Shown: positions 52,593 to 55,269 of the stretch, in pieces
How positions within the stretch are numbered: position 1 is the stretch's first letter
Layout of the letters: the number at the start of each line of letters is the position of its first letter
Source of the DNA: Nanobdellota archaeon
Lineage (GTDB): Archaea; Nanobdellota; Nanobdellia; Woesearchaeales; GW2011-AR9
DNA length: 55,269 nt
Direction: 5' to 3'
NCBI GenBank assembly: GCA_038045005.1
Contig: JBBSYZ010000015.1
Span: 1-55,269, forward strand
The notes under the pieces: model-generated
Database searches by the model: none
The model's input: only the letters and a program-made list of their open reading frames with translations
What the model was told of the DNA's origin: nothing
Made by a program: the position numbers and the translations under genes

Positions 52593-52862
52593 ATGGCAGA
52601 AGTTGTTGCAAAAGTAGGAGTTAAGAAAGTTAAGGGTTACCTTTATTTCGTCGACAAGAAAGGTAATGTCGCCCGCGCTGCTATGAGCAGGGCCGGAAGA
52701 AAGAAAGGTAAGGCAAAAGTAGAAGTTGTCGCTAAAGCCGGTGTCAAGAAAGTGCCTGGATTTCTGTATTTTATCGACAGCAAGGGGCATGTTGCCAGAG
52801 CGATGATGGCTCGCGGCAGGAAAGGCAAGAAAAAAGGCGGCAAGAAGAAGAGAAGAATTTAG
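52593..52862 (+). CDS. Small highly basic protein made of two tandem ~40-aa repeats
   Basis: Repeat 1 is VVAKVGVKKVKGYLYFVDKKGNVARAAMSRAGRKKGK. Repeat 2 is VVAKAGVKKVPGFLYFIDSKGHVARAMMARGRKGKKK. GAGGTG Shine-Dalgarno site upstream. Confidence 0.65.
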   Translation: MAEVVAKVGVKKVKGYLYFVDKKGNVARAAMSRAGRKKGKAKVEVVAKAGVKKVPGFLYFIDSKGHVARAMMARGRKGKKKGGKKKRRI

Positions 52863-53029
52863 AGAGATTAGAATAACCTTAGTTTAGCAGATATTTATCG
52901 TTCAAATCTCTCTAATAGTGTTTTGAAAGGCATTGCAATTCAAAACACCCTTTAATTTTTTTTCTCTTTTTTCTTTTTTAATGTTTTAAGATCTTATGTT
53001 TTTCTGGCATTTAATATCTTCACCGGCAC

Positions 53030-53257
53030 GGGCTAATATGAAACCCTATGCTTCGCAGGTCACTAATAGTCTCGCTAAACCGATGTTTTACGTCGTTGGT
53101 CGGCGTTCCCCGTACATGAAATTAAGAAACTACTTAATTTCAGTACAGAAAATCAATAGTTTTTGATTTTCTTGTAAGGGACAAGCCCCTTGCCGACGTG
53201 AATGTGATTTTTGAACACGCTCGGAAAGGGTTAGTGACCAAGGGTTTCATATTAGCC
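53030..53257. repeat. Foldback MITE-like module, left of the IS (166 nt plus a 62-nt insertion)
   Basis: The 17-bp ends are GGGCTAATATGAAACCC and GGGTTTCATATTAGCC. Bracketed by CCGGCAC at 53023-53029 and 53259-53265. The interior is the reverse complement of the 54234-54399 interior. Confidence 0.8.
53115..53174 (-). mobile_element. 60-nt tandem-hairpin mini-element, copy F (filled site)
   Basis: The plus strand reads CATGAAATTAAG-AAACTA-CTTAATTTCAG-TAC-AGAAAATCAA-TAGTTT-TTGATTTTCTTG, flanked by TA at 53113-53114 and 53175-53176. The homologous position in the other arm (54316-54317) has a single TA and no insert. Confidence 0.8.
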
Positions 53258-53267
53258 TCCGGCACTC

Positions 53268-54216
53268 TATTATCCCGAAACTGGTTTACATCACGAAAGT
53301 GGTTTACACTTTAACTCCTCCCAAACTTCTTTTGGAGTCTTATAATAAAGGCTCATGTGGAGCCTTTCTTCATTATAATGCTTAACAAAATCTCCAAAAG
53401 AAGAAAATGAGCCGGTAGCAAATTCTTCTTTGTACGTTCTGAAGAATCGTTCTACTTTACCATTAGTTTGTGGCCTATTCACCCTCGCTAAAGAATGTTT
53501 TATTCCTAAAACATCTAATGTTGCTCGAAACATTGTATTTTCTTGCTTTGCATTAGGATGATTTGAATAATATTGCGAGCCATGATCAGTCATTACGGCT
53601 TTTGGTTTACCCCATTCAGCTATGCCTGAATGCAAGAGAATAAGACTATTTTCTGCTGTCTGTCTTTTGAACACGCCATGGCTTGTAATTAAGCGTGTTC
53701 TATCATCTATATACACGCTGACATTCGTTCCAGAGAAAGGGTCGTATGACCAATCAGTATGCCACAGATCATTTGGATTTGGAAGTTCGTAACGAACCCA
53801 CTTCCTCGATTTTTGTTTCTTGATATTTGGCTCAACCATTCCATTTCGCACTAAAACTTTCTCTATTTGTCTGTGCGAAATAGCAAATCCTTTTCTCTTA
53901 AGGATTTGCTCAATATGGCATGCGCCATAACGGTGTCTTCGTCTAATATCGAGTATGATTTCAACAGCAGTTTGGTTAAGAATTGTTTCTGAACGACCTG
54001 TTTTATGGTCTTTTAAGCCGTCCCAACCAAATTCTTTGTAAGATCGCACGATTTTTGAAATTGCCATACGGCTGATTCCTTGAGAAAACGCAATTTTTGT
54101 TGTAGAAACACCATTCAACTTTTGCTTAACAACCCATACACGTTTTTTAAAATTAAGTTTATACATATAACCTCACCAAGAGGTTATATTAGATGTAAAC
54201 TAAAAACGTGATACTA
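53268..54216 (-). mobile_element. IS481-family-like insertion sequence
   Basis: The imperfect 25-bp TIRs are TATTATCCCGAAACTGGTTTACATC (53268-53292) and the reverse complement of 54192-54216, TAGTATCACGTTTTTAGTTTACATC. It carries a single DDE transposase gene. Confidence 0.65.
53291..54166 (-). CDS. DDE transposase/integrase (rve core), IS481-like
   Basis: N-terminal HTH. Catalytic motifs are WHTDWSY, MTDHGSQYYS and TNGKVERFFRTYKEEF. Confidence 0.85.
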   Translation of the reverse strand: MYKLNFKKRVWVVKQKLNGVSTTKIAFSQGISRMAISKIVRSYKEFGWDGLKDHKTGRSETILNQTAVEIILDIRRRHRYGACHIEQILKRKGFAISHRQIEKVLVRNGMVEPNIKKQKSRKWVRYELPNPNDLWHTDWSYDPFSGTNVSVYIDDRTRLITSHGVFKRQTAENSLILLHSGIAEWGKPKAVMTDHGSQYYSNHPNAKQENTMFRATLDVLGIKHSLARVNRPQTNGKVERFFRTYKEEFATGSFSSFGDFVKHYNEERLHMSLYYKTPKEVWEELKCKPLS

Positions 54217-54233
54217 CATATCTTCACCGGCAC

Positions 54234-54399
54234 GGGCTAATATGAAACCCTCGGTCACTAACCCTTTCCGAGCGTGTTCAAAAATCACATTCACGTCGGC
54301 AAGGGGCTTGTCCCTTACGGGGAACGCCGACCAACGACGTAAAACATCGGTTTAGCGAGGCTGTTAGTGACCTGCGAAGCATAGGGTTTCATATTAGCC
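54234..54399. repeat. Foldback MITE-like module, right of the IS (empty for the mini-element)
   Basis: Same 17-bp ends as the left module. Bracketed by CCGGCAC at 54227-54233 and 54401-54407. Preceded by the same ATATCTTCA as the left module. Confidence 0.8.
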
Positions 54400-54510
54400 A
54401 CCGGCACGAAAACATTTATATATGAGCAGGATATATTCTATCGTTGAAAACTAGTATTAAGTAAAAAGCTAGTAGTAAAGTTATTAAAAATAAAACGAGG
54501 TGTGAAATAA

Positions 54511-55137
54511 ATGAGGAAAACAGTTTTAGTTTTGTTGGGACTTCTAGCCATTTCTTTGGTAATCACTGGTTGTGCAGAGCCGCAAACTGTAGATTTGACT
54601 GATGAAGAAGGGAATGTTGTTGGACAGGCCGTAAGGTATTCTCCAGGGAAGTATAAATCTCCTGGTGTGGTAAAACAGTGCGTGCCTAAAACAGCAGCAG
54701 AGCTTTGTCCTTTAGCAGCAGCGGGCACCCTTACTGCAGGAAACGTGTTGGGAAGCGCGTGCGGGTCGTTGAGTGACGGCTGCGGCAGTCAAGTGAACTG
54801 CGGAAGTTGTGTAGTTGGAGACTTAGCTGTAGCAAGCTGTGTAGCTAACAAGTGCACGAATGGGGAATTGGATTTGACTATAGCTAAGGCTAATAAATTT
54901 GTACCGATGCTAGGGTTAGGATGCCAAGATTCTGACGGCGGTGTTGTTCCAAGCGTTAAAGGAACAGTTTCTCTGCTTGACAAAGGCGTGGCAGTGTCTA
55001 GCTTGTCAGACACATGTACTGGAGGTAACCTCATCGAGCTATCCTGTTACAGCGGTGATAAACTGGATCAATTGATGGTCAATAGTTTGGTTACTTGCAA
55101 ATACGGCTGTGCAGACGGAGCCTGTCAGATAGGTTAA
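54511..55137 (+). CDS. Secreted Cys-rich protein with lipobox-like signal
   Basis: MRKTVLVLLGLLAISLVITGC, followed by a Cys-rich region. GAGGTG Shine-Dalgarno site upstream, and AACATTTATATA at 54411-54422. Confidence 0.55.
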   Translation: MRKTVLVLLGLLAISLVITGCAEPQTVDLTDEEGNVVGQAVRYSPGKYKSPGVVKQCVPKTAAELCPLAAAGTLTAGNVLGSACGSLSDGCGSQVNCGSCVVGDLAVASCVANKCTNGELDLTIAKANKFVPMLGLGCQDSDGGVVPSVKGTVSLLDKGVAVSSLSDTCTGGNLIELSCYSGDKLDQLMVNSLVTCKYGCADGACQIG

Positions 55138-55269
55138 GCCTTTAATTTTTTCTTTTTTTTATTATATTTTTGTATTTTCGTTATCCCTGATTTAAATAAA
55201 GTATTCTGAAAATAAGACACTGTTTCTTAATCGGCAGATTAAAATAGGAGTAGTTCTTTCCTCTTAACA

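Noticed and set aside
52643-52843. Minus-strand 66-aa ORF opposite the small basic protein gene.
   Set aside because: It is an antisense shadow of a repeat-structured gene. The plus-strand ORF has the Shine-Dalgarno site and the conserved internal duplication.

Overview
This 55.3-kb chromosomal window reads as archaeal, most like a small-genome DPANN-type lineage. That assignment is an inference from content: CDP-archaeol synthase CarS, diphthamide synthase Dph2, archaeal SepF, a FlaI-type ATPase and FlaJ/TadC-like platform protein, Rad50 with a CPTC zinc hook, a tRNA-Phe with an intron at position 37/38, and a recurring AACATTTATATA TATA-box motif plus GGAGG/GAGGTG ribosome-binding sites.

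Housekeeping content:
- serS, sepF, two NUDIX paralogues and a secreted S8 protease.
- A SUF Fe-S operon: sufB, a sufS-sufU fusion, sufC, a DUF59 protein and a second desulfurase.
- A minus-strand deoxynucleotide block: short ATP-cone nrdJ, PduO-type adenosyltransferase, frameshifted tdk and rad50.
- A second, long-form nrdJ.
- Lipid genes (carS and a CDP-alcohol phosphatidyltransferase) and a two-piece dph2.

Accessory content:
- A surface-protein cluster with LamG, dockerin-like, cohesin-like, Cys-rich-repeat and TSP1-like modules.
- Three tandem membrane-protein paralogues.
- A visibly AT-rich island with a fused type IIG restriction-modification enzyme, a translationally coupled membrane protein, a wHTH gene and DinD-like remnants.
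- A HEPN/MNT pair.
- An RHH-antitoxin/RelE-like pair whose toxin gene is interrupted.
- An IS481-like element bracketed by 166-nt foldback modules.

The most unusual signal is non-coding. Intergenic DNA, one gene and one IS arm are colonised by nested palindromic elements. These include a family of about 60-nt tandem-hairpin mini-elements with conserved ends and loops, compensated stem changes and site-specific 2-bp flanking duplications. One filled/empty site pair for this family is visible inside the window.

No tools were run. Functional calls rest on motif recognition in the supplied translations, and coordinates and repeat alignments were hand-counted.
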